Below, one piece after another: positions 26,211-35,940 of a DNA stretch of 64,000 bases; position 1 is the first letter of the stretch; each line of letters opens with the position of its first letter. The position numbers were made by a program, and so were the translations under genes. The stretch is from Homoserinimonas sp. Lineage in GTDB: Bacteria; Actinomycetota; Actinomycetes; Actinomycetales; Microbacteriaceae. The stretch spans positions 2,481 to 66,480 of the forward strand of contig JBBDSS010000004.1 in assembly GCA_040904805.1 (NCBI GenBank), read 5' to 3'. The notes under the pieces were generated by a model that saw nothing but the letters and a program-made list of their open reading frames with translations, searched no databases and was not told where the DNA came from.

Positions 26211-28361
26211 ATGGCCAACAGCCGCACCGTTCTCCAGGATGTCGGGTCGAGCGGCAAGACGCTCGCCATCTTCGGGGACGGGTTCGCCGCCGGTGCCGAC
26301 CAAACCATCTACAACAATTACGTGCGCGACGAGGTCATGCGTGACGTCTTCCTCCGCGACGCCTTCAACGAAGACATCTCCGCGTGGAACATCGTGCGCG
26401 TCAACCTCGAATCGAACAATTCCGGCGCGAGCACGCGCAACTGGAACCTGATGGGCACCCCGAACAATCTCGCTGACGACACCTTCACCGAGAACATCGT
26501 CGACACCGCCCTCGACATCATCTCGAACGGCGAGTGGTGGCACAACTGGTTCGAGGATGGCGACGACACGGCGTGCAACCTGCTGCTTGCCCGGGCCATC
26601 TGGGCGCCCAAAGCGGACTTCGTGCTCATCGTCGTGAACTCCACGCGTTCCGGCGGGCTCCGCTCCGGCGACGTGCTCAAAGTCACCACCCAGGAGTCGG
26701 CCGCCGTCATCGCCCATGAGTTCGGTCACGGGTTCGGCAACCTGGCCGACGAGTACAGCGCAGGCGGCAAGGGGGCGTACACGGGATCCGAACCGGGCAG
26801 GGTGAACGTGACGATCGAGACCAGGCGCTCCAGGATCAAGTGGCGTCGTTACATCGCGCCGGGAACCCCGGTGCCGACCGGCACGGGCGCAGACTCCGGG
26901 TACACGGCGGGCACCAAGCCGGCCACCTGGGACGATCAGGCGGATGCCGGCCTGTTCGAGGGGGCGAGCACTTTCGAAACCGGAATCCACAAACCGGCCG
27001 TCAATTGCCGGATGCGCGGCAACACCGACGAGTTCTGCCCGGTCTGCTACACCGAGATGAAGGAACAGCATCACGACGAGACGGGTCGCACGTTCCGCAC
27101 CACGGTGGCCGGCCGGTTCACCGGAACCGGGCGTAGCGAGTTCTTCGGCATCGACCGCCGCGGGCTCAGCCTCTACCGGGCCGACGGCGCGCGGTGGGAG
27201 CACGTGCGAAGCACGGCGGGCATCATCCCGGGAGGCTGGGGCATCCGGCCCGGGGACGTCTACATCGCCGGCGACTTCGACGGCGACGGCCGAGACGAAC
27301 TGGTGGTCTACAACCCCACCTGGTGGAGCATCCCGCTGCTCGGGCTGATCAAGGTGGCGGCCGACGGCAGCCTGCGGCTGATCCGTCGCTACGACGCCGA
27401 CATCCCCGGCTGGGGCGGCTTCGCCCGCAACGACCGCTTCCTGGTCGGCGACTTCGACGGGGACGGCCGCGACGACCTGCTGGTGACGAATTTCACCGAC
27501 TGGTCCATGCCCTATGTGGCAACCCTCATCTCCACCGGAACCGGGTTCACCCTCACTCGGCGCTACGACGGGGACATCCCCGGCTGGGGTGGGATGCGCC
27601 GTCGCGACCAGGTTCAGATCGGCGACTTCTCCGGCAGCGGACGCAGCGATGTGCTCATCTGGAACGCGAGGGACTGGTCATCCATCTACCTCGGCCTGTG
27701 CCGGATGCAACGCGGAGGGCTGCGGTGCATCCGCATGTACACCGACGACCTGCCGGGGTGGGGTGGCTTCGCCACGCACGACCGGATCTACATCGGTGAC
27801 TTCAACGCGGACGGCAAAGACGACCTCTACCTGTTCAATGGCCGGGACTGGTCCGAGGCCTACCTCGGGATGTTCCGCTCCACCGGCAGTGCCTTCGCGT
27901 ATCAGCGCCGCTACGACGGCGACGTTCCCGGCTGGGGCGGTATGCGCGAGCACGACCGGTTCCTGCCGGTCGACCTCACCGGCGACGGGCGGATCGGCCT
28001 GTTCGCCTGGAACATGGTCGACTGGGGCCCGAACTACGCTGGCCGGATGCGGTCCACCGGCACCGCGCTGGTCGCGGACTGGCGCGAGGACTGGGTGGGC
28101 GAATGGCACCTCGGAAGCCTCGACCGGTTCACCGCGGTGCCGCCGGCGGCACGCCGCCTCGTGGTGACGGATATCGGCGACCGCGCCCCGGTGATCGCCC
28201 GGCGCCTCGCCACCGATCACATCCTGGTGCCTCGCGGCCCCGACCGGGTGATCGCACACAACCGGGACTGGCTCGGCACCATCCGCACGGCCAGCCCGCT
28301 CACCCTCGACAGCATCTACAACCGCTGGGTGCACAACTATCGGCACGGCCGCAACTGGTGA
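26211..28361 (+). CDS. M64-like zinc metallopeptidase fused to a 6-7-bladed FG-GAP/VCBS-like beta-propeller
   Basis: 716 aa. Motifs LAIFGDGF, HEFGHGFGNLADEY and CRMRGNTDEFCPVC resemble peptidase M64. About 60-aa repeats follow (GDFDGDGRD-L-V-N---WS...RRYDGDIPGWGG) from about 27110 to 28130. No N-terminal signal peptide. Confidence 0.75.
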   Translation: MANSRTVLQDVGSSGKTLAIFGDGFAAGADQTIYNNYVRDEVMRDVFLRDAFNEDISAWNIVRVNLESNNSGASTRNWNLMGTPNNLADDTFTENIVDTALDIISNGEWWHNWFEDGDDTACNLLLARAIWAPKADFVLIVVNSTRSGGLRSGDVLKVTTQESAAVIAHEFGHGFGNLADEYSAGGKGAYTGSEPGRVNVTIETRRSRIKWRRYIAPGTPVPTGTGADSGYTAGTKPATWDDQADAGLFEGASTFETGIHKPAVNCRMRGNTDEFCPVCYTEMKEQHHDETGRTFRTTVAGRFTGTGRSEFFGIDRRGLSLYRADGARWEHVRSTAGIIPGGWGIRPGDVYIAGDFDGDGRDELVVYNPTWWSIPLLGLIKVAADGSLRLIRRYDADIPGWGGFARNDRFLVGDFDGDGRDDLLVTNFTDWSMPYVATLISTGTGFTLTRRYDGDIPGWGGMRRRDQVQIGDFSGSGRSDVLIWNARDWSSIYLGLCRMQRGGLRCIRMYTDDLPGWGGFATHDRIYIGDFNADGKDDLYLFNGRDWSEAYLGMFRSTGSAFAYQRRYDGDVPGWGGMREHDRFLPVDLTGDGRIGLFAWNMVDWGPNYAGRMRSTGTALVADWREDWVGEWHLGSLDRFTAVPPAARRLVVTDIGDRAPVIARRLATDHILVPRGPDRVIAHNRDWLGTIRTASPLTLDSIYNRWVHNYRHGRNW

Positions 28362-28384
28362 CCGTGGCGGTGGAGGGATAGACC

Positions 28385-29182
28385 ATGGACGAGACCGAGC
28401 GCAGCAAGAAGCGCATTGAAGAGTTCGACGAGAAAGCCGCCACCGAGCATCCGGCAGCCTCGAGTGGGGTGGCCGTCGGCACGCTCAAGGGCAGGCCGCT
28501 CGAGCCCGAACTGACCGGCCGGGTGAAGCCGTCAGTGGCGGATGCCACGAAGCAGGCCGCCCAGTCCGACCGTGAGGTCGGCAGGCGAGACCTGCCGCTT
28601 CCGCCGGAAGCGGACAGGGAGGCGCACGAGATGGATAGCCGCAGCCTCGGACTTCGACTGGAGGTCAGCGGCGACCGGATCACGGTGCTCGACTCCCTGG
28701 AGGTCGACGTGCCAGTCTTCATGCCCGAGCAGGTGCGAGGCACCGACTTCCTCGCGGTGCAGGCGAGCGACGAGATCCTGGCGATCAAGCCGCTGGTCGA
28801 CCCGGGCATCGCCGTGGGCATCCCCGACCCGAACGACACCGAATTCCGCGGGCATCGGGAAATCGTGCTCGACGCCTACGAGCTCACAGTGCTGCTGCCG
28901 CTCGACGCGATCGAGCGGCTCACCGCCCGCGACCTGCAGGGCGCCCCGGACCGCACCGACCAACCCAGTAGCGCGGTAGAGATCGTCATGTACCGCTCCG
29001 CGGAGACCAGCGAGATACAGCCGCGGCGGCAGGCCGCGATCTGGAGTCGCGACGACCTGGAGGTCGTCGCATCCTCCGGTCAGCTCACCCTGGACTCGCT
29101 GCGCGGAACCGGCTGGGCCGACGTCAACCGCAGGCGGGACGACGTGAAGCCGCGCCCGGAACAGGACGACTTGGAGGAGTAG
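28385..29182 (+). CDS. acidic hypothetical protein
   Basis: 265-aa ORF with high GC3. It starts 24 nt after the M64-propeller gene on the same strand. No family recognised. Confidence 0.55.
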   Translation: MDETERSKKRIEEFDEKAATEHPAASSGVAVGTLKGRPLEPELTGRVKPSVADATKQAAQSDREVGRRDLPLPPEADREAHEMDSRSLGLRLEVSGDRITVLDSLEVDVPVFMPEQVRGTDFLAVQASDEILAIKPLVDPGIAVGIPDPNDTEFRGHREIVLDAYELTVLLPLDAIERLTARDLQGAPDRTDQPSSAVEIVMYRSAETSEIQPRRQAAIWSRDDLEVVASSGQLTLDSLRGTGWADVNRRRDDVKPRPEQDDLEE

Positions 29183-29185
29183 GCG

Positions 29186-29686
29186 CTATTCGCTGATCTT
29201 CTCCCCGTCCGGGCCGAGCACCCACCACAGGTCGTTCATGCCCTGGCCGTTCGTGTCACCGGCGGCGGTGTCGCCCGCAAAGTAGTACACCGGCCACCCG
29301 TTCACGGTCACCTGCATGGAGCCGTCGACCCCGGTGATCGTCCCCACCTCGCCGGTCACGCCCTCCACGGCCGGAGCCTCGGCGGCATCCGTTGTCACGG
29401 CAGGCCAGTTGGTCGCGCAGTCGCCCTCACAACTGCTGGTGTCGGAGCCCTGGGTGTCGTTGTCGAACAGGTACACCGTCATGCCGTCGGCGTCGACGAC
29501 GATCTCGCCGAACTCCGAGTCGGTGGTCATCAGCTCCGCGTCGCCGGCCTCAGGTGTGGTCATGCCCGGGTTCTGCTCCGTCGTGCCGTTGTCGGCAGGC
29601 GGTTCGGTGGTGTCGCCGCCGGTACACCCGCTCAGCAGGATGGCCAGGGCGGTGACGGCCAGCCCGGCTGCGAATCGTGTCTTCAT
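29186..29686 (-). CDS. lipoprotein with secreted-repeat (COG4315-like, Y-x-[FY]-x-x-D) motifs
   Basis: 166 aa with lipobox LLSGCTGG. Motifs MTVYLFDND and GWPVYYFAGDTAAGDTNGQG. Confidence 0.75.
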   Translation of the reverse strand: MKTRFAAGLAVTALAILLSGCTGGDTTEPPADNGTTEQNPGMTTPEAGDAELMTTDSEFGEIVVDADGMTVYLFDNDTQGSDTSSCEGDCATNWPAVTTDAAEAPAVEGVTGEVGTITGVDGSMQVTVNGWPVYYFAGDTAAGDTNGQGMNDLWWVLGPDGEKISE

Positions 29687-29842
29687 GATGAACCTCCATT
29701 TGGTCGTGGTCAGGACATAGTGGGAACACGGTGTCGAGCCGCGAAAAGTTCACGACGCGCCGAGTGTCACGTCTTGGAAGTCGCGTCTGCCCTGGTGTCA
29801 CCCACCTCCGATAGGGTGCGAAGCAACTAATGGAGGTGGCGC

Positions 29843-32800
29843 GTGTTCCTCAGCGACAACGGTGACCGCACCGTCATCTACACCAGCGCCAGCGACCTCA
29901 CCATCGCCTCCAAATGCGAATTCGCTTTCCTCCGCAAACTGGATGCCCGGCTCGGCCGCATCGACGCGGTCGAACAAAAACCCGACGCCCTGCTTGAGCG
30001 CACCGGCCGCCTCGGCGACGCGCACGAACTCCGCACACTGGAGGAGTACCGCTCCGAAGGGCAGGTGGCCGAATTCGAGCGACCGGATGTCCGCGACGCC
30101 ACCGCGCTCGCCGCCGCCGCGGAGGAGACCCGCCTGGCATTCGTCTCCGGCGCGGACGTCGTGTTCCAGGCCACCTTCCACGACCCCGGTTCGGATAGCG
30201 CTGGTGACGGCCAGATCGCTTTCCTCGGGTTCGCCGACTTCATCGTGCGCACCCCCGACGGACGCTACCTGGTGCAAGACACCAAACTGGCCCGCAGCGC
30301 CCGCGTCACCGCCCTGCTGCAGCTCGCCGCCTACGCCGAGCAACTCCAGCGCATCGGCATCCCCACCGCCGACACCGTTGAGCTGCTGCTCGGCGACGGC
30401 ACCGTCAGCGAGCACCGCCTGCGCGACATCGCCCCGGTCTACCGCAACCGTCGCGACCGGCTGCACCGCATCATCCGGGAACGCCTCGACGCCCACGACT
30501 ACGTCGCCTGGGGCGATCCGCGCTACACCGTCTGCGGACACTGCGACACCTGCGAGGCCGAGATCGAGGCCAGCCGTGACGTGCTGCTGGTCGCCGGGAT
30601 GCGCGTCACCCAGCGAGCGAAACTCGGCATCGTCGGCATCCGCACCATCGACCAACTCGCCCACTCGAGCGGACCGGTCGACGGCATCGGGGGCAGGGCG
30701 CTCGCCGGCCTGCGCACCCAGGCCGCCCTGCAACTCGATGCCACATCGGAGGCACCCCCTCCCTACCAGGTGGCGGATGCCTCCGCCCTGTCCGCGATCC
30801 CCGCGCCCGACGATGGCGACCTCTTCTTCGACTTCGAAGGCGACCCGCTCTACACGGAGGGCGACGCCACCCGCTGGGGGCTCGACTACCTGTTCGGCGT
30901 GGTCGATCGCCACGACGAGTTCACCGCCTACTGGGCGCACACCTTCGACGAAGAAAGACAAGCCCTCCGCGACTTCCTCGACGACGTCGCCCGGCGCCGG
31001 GCCGTGAACCCGGGCCTGCACATCTACCACTACGCCGCCTACGAGCGAACGCACCTCTCCAGCCTCGCCGCCCGGCACGGCATCGGCGAAGACGAAGTCG
31101 ACCAACTGCTGCGCGAACACGTGCTCGTCGACCTCTACCCGATCGTGCGCAAAGCCCTCCGCGTCGGCTCGCCCTCCTACTCGATCAAGAAACTCGAACC
31201 GCTCTACATGGGCTCCGAGCTGCGGGAGAGCGACGTCACCACCGCGGCCGACTCGATCACCGAGTACGCGGATGCCATGGAGCTGGGCGCATCCGGAGAC
31301 CTCGCCGCCCAGCAGCACAAGCTGAACGAGATCGCCGACTACAACCGGTACGACTGCGTCTCCACCCTGCGACTGCGCGACTGGATGCTTGGCCTCGCCC
31401 GGGAGAACGGCATCGCGCCGTTGGGTGCGGACGAGTCGGTGGATACCGTTGACCTCGAGCCTTCACCGCTGCACGACGCCCTCAGCGCCCTGGCCGGCGA
31501 CCCGCTCGGCCCCGGTCGCACCGACGATCAGACGGCCGCCGCTTTCGCCGCCGCCGCGCTCGACTACCACCGGCGGGAACACAAGACGTTTTGGTGGGGT
31601 CACTTCTCGCGCCTGGTGCAACCCGTCGATGAGTGGGCGGACACCCGGGACGTCCTCGTCGTCGAGCGGGCATCCGTCGAACGCGACTGGTTTCGGGAAG
31701 ACAGGCAGCGGGTCGACCGACGGCACCTGCGCCTGCACGGGGTCTGGGGTCCCGGGTCGAGCGTCAGCACCGGCGGCATCGCCCAGCCGCACATCCTCTA
31801 CGACCAGCCGGCCCCGGTCACCTCGGTCGGCGGCGACCCCGGCGCCCGCGCGGCGCACAAGGTGACCGTACTCGAAGTCGGCGACGACAGCATCCTGGTG
31901 CAGGAGACCCTCGCCAAAGACACCGACCACTACACCGCGCTGCCGATGGCACTCACCCCGGCCGCACCACCACCCGCCGGCCAGCAGAAACCCGCCATCG
32001 AACAGTGGGCGCAGGCGATCGTCGACTCCGCTCCAGGGTGGCCAGCCGACCCGGCCGTCGACATCCTGCGCCGCACGCCGCCGCGCACCCGCAGTGGGGG
32101 GCTCGCCCCGGTGGTGGGGGAGCAGCTGAAGCCGGCCGTGGTCACCAGCCTGCTCGGTCTCGACGACTCCTACCTCGCCGTGCAGGGTCCGCCCGGTACC
32201 GGAAAGACCTACCTTGGTGCGCAGGTCATCGCCGACCTGGTCAGTCGCCATGGCTGGAAGGTCGGGGTCGTCGCCCAGTCGCACGCGGTCGTCGAGAACC
32301 TGCTCGACGCCATCGTGAAAGCCGGGTTGGCCGCCGCGCTGGTGGGCAAAGTGCCCAGGGAGGCCAGTGCCGAGGTGGCGTTCACTGCGCTCCCCAAAGA
32401 CGGGCAGCTGATGTTCGCCGCCGAGAATCAGGCGACCGGATTCGTGGTCGGTGGCACCGCCTGGGATTTCTCCAACGCGGCCCGAGTGCCTCGCCGTTCG
32501 CTCGACCTGCTCGTGATCGACGAAGCCGGCCAGTTCTCGCTCGCCTCGACCATCGCCGCCGGCGTCGCCGCGCGCAACCTGATGCTGCTCGGCGACCCGC
32601 AGCAACTTCCGCAGGTCAGCCAGGGACTGCACCCGGAGCCGGTCGACGGATCCGCCCTCGGCTGGATCAGCGACGGCCACGACGTGCTGCCGCCCGACCT
32701 CGGCTACTTCCTCGCGGCCAGCCGCCGGATGCATCCGGCCGTCACCGCGCCCGTCTCCGAACTGTCCTACGAGGGTGCGCTGCACGCGCATCCGGATGCC

Positions 32801-33346
32801 TCGGCGCGGAAACTCGAAGGCATCGAACCCGGGCTGCACATCGTGCCGGTGCCGCACCAGGGCAACGCGGTGGAGTCAGCTGAAGAGGCCGACCGCGTCG
32901 TTGCGCTCGTGCGGGAGGTGTTCGGGCTCGCCTGGACCGACCCCAGCGATCATCGCGATCGCGAACCGCTCAGACAGGCCGGCATCATCGTGGTGTCGCC
33001 CTACAACGCCCAGGTGGCCCGGGTGCGGGACGTCCTCGACGCTGCCGGATACCCGGCGGTCCGGGTCGGCACCGTCGACAAATTCCAGGGCCAGGAGGCG
33101 GTCATCGCGATCGTCACCCTCGCCGCATCCTCCCCAGCCGACGTTCCGCGTGGCATGTCGTTCCTGCTGATGCGCAACCGGCTCAACGTCGCCATCTCCC
33201 GCGCCAAGTGGGCGGCCTACCTGCTGCACTCGCCCGAACTCGTCGAATACCTGCCGACCACGCCGGCGGGCGTCGCCGAGCTCAGCGCGTTCATCCTCCT
33301 GGGGGAGGCCGGGCGCCGACGCCCGCTGACAGGATGGAGCGGGTGA
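29843..33346 (+). CDS. RecB-like (TM0106-type) nuclease / RNase-H-fold exonuclease / SF1 DNA2-NAM7-like helicase fusion
   Basis: 1167 aa from GTG 29843. PD-(D/E)xK-like DFIVRTPDGRYLVQDTKLA, Cys cluster CGHCDTCEAE, FFDFEGDP...IYHYAAYE, helicase motifs GPPGTGKT, VIDEAGQ, GDPQQLPQV and VDKFQGQE. Confidence 0.85.
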   Translation: MFLSDNGDRTVIYTSASDLTIASKCEFAFLRKLDARLGRIDAVEQKPDALLERTGRLGDAHELRTLEEYRSEGQVAEFERPDVRDATALAAAAEETRLAFVSGADVVFQATFHDPGSDSAGDGQIAFLGFADFIVRTPDGRYLVQDTKLARSARVTALLQLAAYAEQLQRIGIPTADTVELLLGDGTVSEHRLRDIAPVYRNRRDRLHRIIRERLDAHDYVAWGDPRYTVCGHCDTCEAEIEASRDVLLVAGMRVTQRAKLGIVGIRTIDQLAHSSGPVDGIGGRALAGLRTQAALQLDATSEAPPPYQVADASALSAIPAPDDGDLFFDFEGDPLYTEGDATRWGLDYLFGVVDRHDEFTAYWAHTFDEERQALRDFLDDVARRRAVNPGLHIYHYAAYERTHLSSLAARHGIGEDEVDQLLREHVLVDLYPIVRKALRVGSPSYSIKKLEPLYMGSELRESDVTTAADSITEYADAMELGASGDLAAQQHKLNEIADYNRYDCVSTLRLRDWMLGLARENGIAPLGADESVDTVDLEPSPLHDALSALAGDPLGPGRTDDQTAAAFAAAALDYHRREHKTFWWGHFSRLVQPVDEWADTRDVLVVERASVERDWFREDRQRVDRRHLRLHGVWGPGSSVSTGGIAQPHILYDQPAPVTSVGGDPGARAAHKVTVLEVGDDSILVQETLAKDTDHYTALPMALTPAAPPPAGQQKPAIEQWAQAIVDSAPGWPADPAVDILRRTPPRTRSGGLAPVVGEQLKPAVVTSLLGLDDSYLAVQGPPGTGKTYLGAQVIADLVSRHGWKVGVVAQSHAVVENLLDAIVKAGLAAALVGKVPREASAEVAFTALPKDGQLMFAAENQATGFVVGGTAWDFSNAARVPRRSLDLLVIDEAGQFSLASTIAAGVAARNLMLLGDPQQLPQVSQGLHPEPVDGSALGWISDGHDVLPPDLGYFLAASRRMHPAVTAPVSELSYEGALHAHPDASARKLEGIEPGLHIVPVPHQGNAVESAEEADRVVALVREVFGLAWTDPSDHRDREPLRQAGIIVVSPYNAQVARVRDVLDAAGYPAVRVGTVDKFQGQEAVIAIVTLAASSPADVPRGMSFLLMRNRLNVAISRAKWAAYLLHSPELVEYLPTTPAGVAELSAFILLGEAGRRRPLTGWSG

Positions 33347-33453
33347 ACGAGCCAGCCGTATTCCTCGCCGCCCTCCTGCTCGCGAGCCACCGCGAGCAGC
33401 GCTGGACCAACCCGAAACGGGCGAGTGACACCGGCGGCAACTAGCCTCGAAAC

Positions 33454-33804
33454 ATGACGCTCAAGTGGGAAGAACTCGTAGTCGACAGCCAGAACCCCGC
33501 CGTAATCGGGCGCTGGTGGGCCGAAGCGCTCGGGTGGGACATCGTCGACGAGGATGATGAGGTGCTGGAACTGAAGGATCCGGACGGATCCGGTCCGACC
33601 GTGCTGTTCGCCGCAGTTCCTGAGGGCAAGGCGGTCAAGAACCGCCTGCACCTCGACTTCGTCCCTGACGACCAGGCTGCCGAAGTCACCCGGCTGATCA
33701 ATCTGGGCGCCCGTCGCATCGACATCGGCCAGGGCGAACCGACCTGGGTGGTCATGGCCGATCCGGAGAACAACGAATTCTGCGTACTCTCCGCCCGTCC
33801 GTAG
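33454..33804 (+). CDS. VOC (glyoxalase/bleomycin-resistance) family protein
   Basis: 116 aa. MTLKWEELVVDSQNP...NRLHLDF...GARRID...WVVMADPENNEFCV is typical of actinobacterial VOC proteins. Confidence 0.8.
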   Translation: MTLKWEELVVDSQNPAVIGRWWAEALGWDIVDEDDEVLELKDPDGSGPTVLFAAVPEGKAVKNRLHLDFVPDDQAAEVTRLINLGARRIDIGQGEPTWVVMADPENNEFCVLSARP

Positions 33805-33859
33805 CGGTCGCTGTGGATAACTGACGGCGGATGTCGGTGGCTGGCGCGACCGTCACAGC

Positions 33860-34321
33860 ATGACAACCGCACGCCACACCATCGACGAAATCCTCCAGCC
33901 CTTCTTCAACTCCCAGACCACGGGAAAGAAGGGGCTCACGCTCCGGCGCATCCAGGAGGTCGAGCGACACCTCCGCGCCTGCAGCGAGACTGAAGCCGAA
34001 CGCATTCTGATCGCCCCGGACCTGGCGGTGCTCGCCGCCGAACGCCAGTTCAATCCGAACGGTGCGGTCGCCCGGGTCATGCACGCCGACGACCTGGTCT
34101 TCATCCTGTCGATCTTCGTAGGACCGGAATGGCAACCGACCGATCCGGTGCAGCGTCGGGTGCAGCTGCGGATTACCGAGCAGCTGGCCGGCGTCCTGAT
34201 CCGGCGTCGGCTCGTCGACCGCTCGAGCCTTGCCTGCCCGATCATCGACATCGAGATCGGCATCCAGCGCGGTCGCGACGAGGTGCGGCGTCAGCAGCGG
34301 CAAGCCCGGGCTCCATTTTGA
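33860..34321 (+). CDS. hypothetical protein
   Basis: 153-aa ORF with strongly GC-biased third positions. No family recognised. The opposite-strand ORF 33752..34303 looks like a shadow. Confidence 0.5.
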   Translation: MTTARHTIDEILQPFFNSQTTGKKGLTLRRIQEVERHLRACSETEAERILIAPDLAVLAAERQFNPNGAVARVMHADDLVFILSIFVGPEWQPTDPVQRRVQLRITEQLAGVLIRRRLVDRSSLACPIIDIEIGIQRGRDEVRRQQRQARAPF

Positions 34322-34373
34322 GGGGTCACTGATTTGCAGCGGTCCCCAAGCCGCCGGGAGGAGGATGGCTCAT

Positions 34374-34745
34374 ATGAAGACAATCCTGAACGTGCTCTGG
34401 CTGGTGTTCTCCGGATTCTGGCTGTTCCTCGGCTACATGCTCGCGGCCGTCATCATGTGCGTGCTGATCGTCACCATCCCTTGGGGGATAGCGTCTGCCC
34501 GTATCGGCGTCTACGCACTGTGGCCGTTCGGCAAGACCGTCATCGACAAGCCCACCTCCGGACTCGGTTCCCTGTTCGGCAACATCATCTGGATCGTGCT
34601 CGCCGGCTGGTGGATCGCCGCCGAACACATCATCAGCGGCGTGCTGCTCTGCCTCACCATCATCGGCATCCCGTTCGGCATCGCCAACTTCAAGATGGTG
34701 CCGGTCGCCCTGATGCCGATCGGGAAAGAGATCGTCGACACGTAG
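34374..34745 (+). CDS. YccF-domain inner-membrane protein
   Basis: 123 aa from ATG 34374, with GGGAGGAGG upstream. Duplicated motif IPWGIASARI / IPFGIANFKM. Confidence 0.8.
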   Translation: MKTILNVLWLVFSGFWLFLGYMLAAVIMCVLIVTIPWGIASARIGVYALWPFGKTVIDKPTSGLGSLFGNIIWIVLAGWWIAAEHIISGVLLCLTIIGIPFGIANFKMVPVALMPIGKEIVDT

Positions 34746-34763
34746 GTCTCCACCAGTGAGGCG

Positions 34764-35417
34764 CTACGCCACTCGCGGCAGGATGTGCGCGGTCACCGCG
34801 AAGAACACGCAGGTGCCGATGATGGCCGCGAACAGGGCCAGCCACAGCGGCGAGGGGATGCCGGTCCTGCGGAACAGCAGGTAGGCATCCGAAGTCTGCA
34901 ACTGGTCCCGGCGGCTGGTGTGCACGGCGATCACGCCGAACAACCCGCGCACCGAACCGACCAGCAGCGCGATGCCGATCACCAGCAGCGCGTAGCCCTG
35001 CACCTCGGGAGTCGCGTAGAACCACAGCGCCGCACTCGCCGCGGCCGAGGTCAGCACCACGAGCACTCCGAACAGGTTGCGGATCACCAGCAGCGTCAGC
35101 AGCAGCACCACCCCGCCGGCGAACAAGGCGATCGCCGTGTACCCGGTGAACACGCACCACAACTGCGCGGCGCCCACCACGGCAGGCGCGGGGTAACCCA
35201 TCACCCCGCTGACGATCGTGCCGAGCACGCCGCGCCCGCTGCTCAGGGCGTCACCCGAATGGTTGCGGCGAATCCGGATGCCGTGCACGACCCGTCCAGT
35301 GAGGATCGCCGCAACGGCATGGCCGAGCTCGTGTACGAGGGTCGTGAAGAGTCCGAACCACCGCCAGGTCGCTCGCGGGATGCTCAGCACCGCCGCCGCG
35401 ACCAGGACGGCGAGCAT
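34764..35417 (-). CDS. M50B-like membrane metallopeptidase
   Basis: 217 aa with HELGHAVAA in the first TM region. Polytopic. Confidence 0.75.
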   Translation of the reverse strand: MLAVLVAAAVLSIPRATWRWFGLFTTLVHELGHAVAAILTGRVVHGIRIRRNHSGDALSSGRGVLGTIVSGVMGYPAPAVVGAAQLWCVFTGYTAIALFAGGVVLLLTLLVIRNLFGVLVVLTSAAASAALWFYATPEVQGYALLVIGIALLVGSVRGLFGVIAVHTSRRDQLQTSDAYLLFRRTGIPSPLWLALFAAIIGTCVFFAVTAHILPRVA

Positions 35418-35589
35418 CAGTTGCGCGGAGACGGTGATCGGCTCCGCGCGAGTGAACAGTGAGTCGAGAGAGACGGTGTTGCTAAGGAAAGTATCGATGG
35501 GTTCAGTCTGGCAGGGGGAGGCTGGATGGCGCCCCGGCGAGGCTTTCAGGAACGGGTCGCGACCCGCCCAAAAATAGTTCTAGCCAGAG

Positions 35590-35940
35590 CGACCAGACCT
35601 GAGTAGTATTACTCGAGTTGCGCCGCATTCAAGCCGCGCCGGAAGCAAGAGAGGAGGGCCTCCCGTGATGGAAACCATCGCAGCAAGCGCCGCGTTCACA
35701 AACGCGTTCAGCGCCGCCCTCCGCCCACTCTTCACTTCCACCTCGCTCACCGCGTAACCGTTCATCGGGGCGCGAGTAGCGCTCAACCGATGAGGTTCAC
35801 GATGACCACCACTCTGTCCGGGCGCATGCGCCCAACCGACCAGCCGTCCGCCCGCAACACCGGGCCCGCACGGGGGAGTCTGCACCCGACTGACTGGGCG
35901 GCATCCGCCCCCACCGGTCGCCGCACCCCGAACATCACTT
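35590..35940. other. hairpin-dense non-coding stretch (candidate structured RNA or leader; family and strand unknown)
   Basis: Six or more short perfect or near-perfect stem-loops at 35601-14, 35665-81, 35691-706, 35763-92, 35820-33 and 35896-910. Codon third positions of the long ORFs here are not GC-biased. A 29-codon ORF (35668..35757) follows GAGAGGAGGG. Confidence 0.25.
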
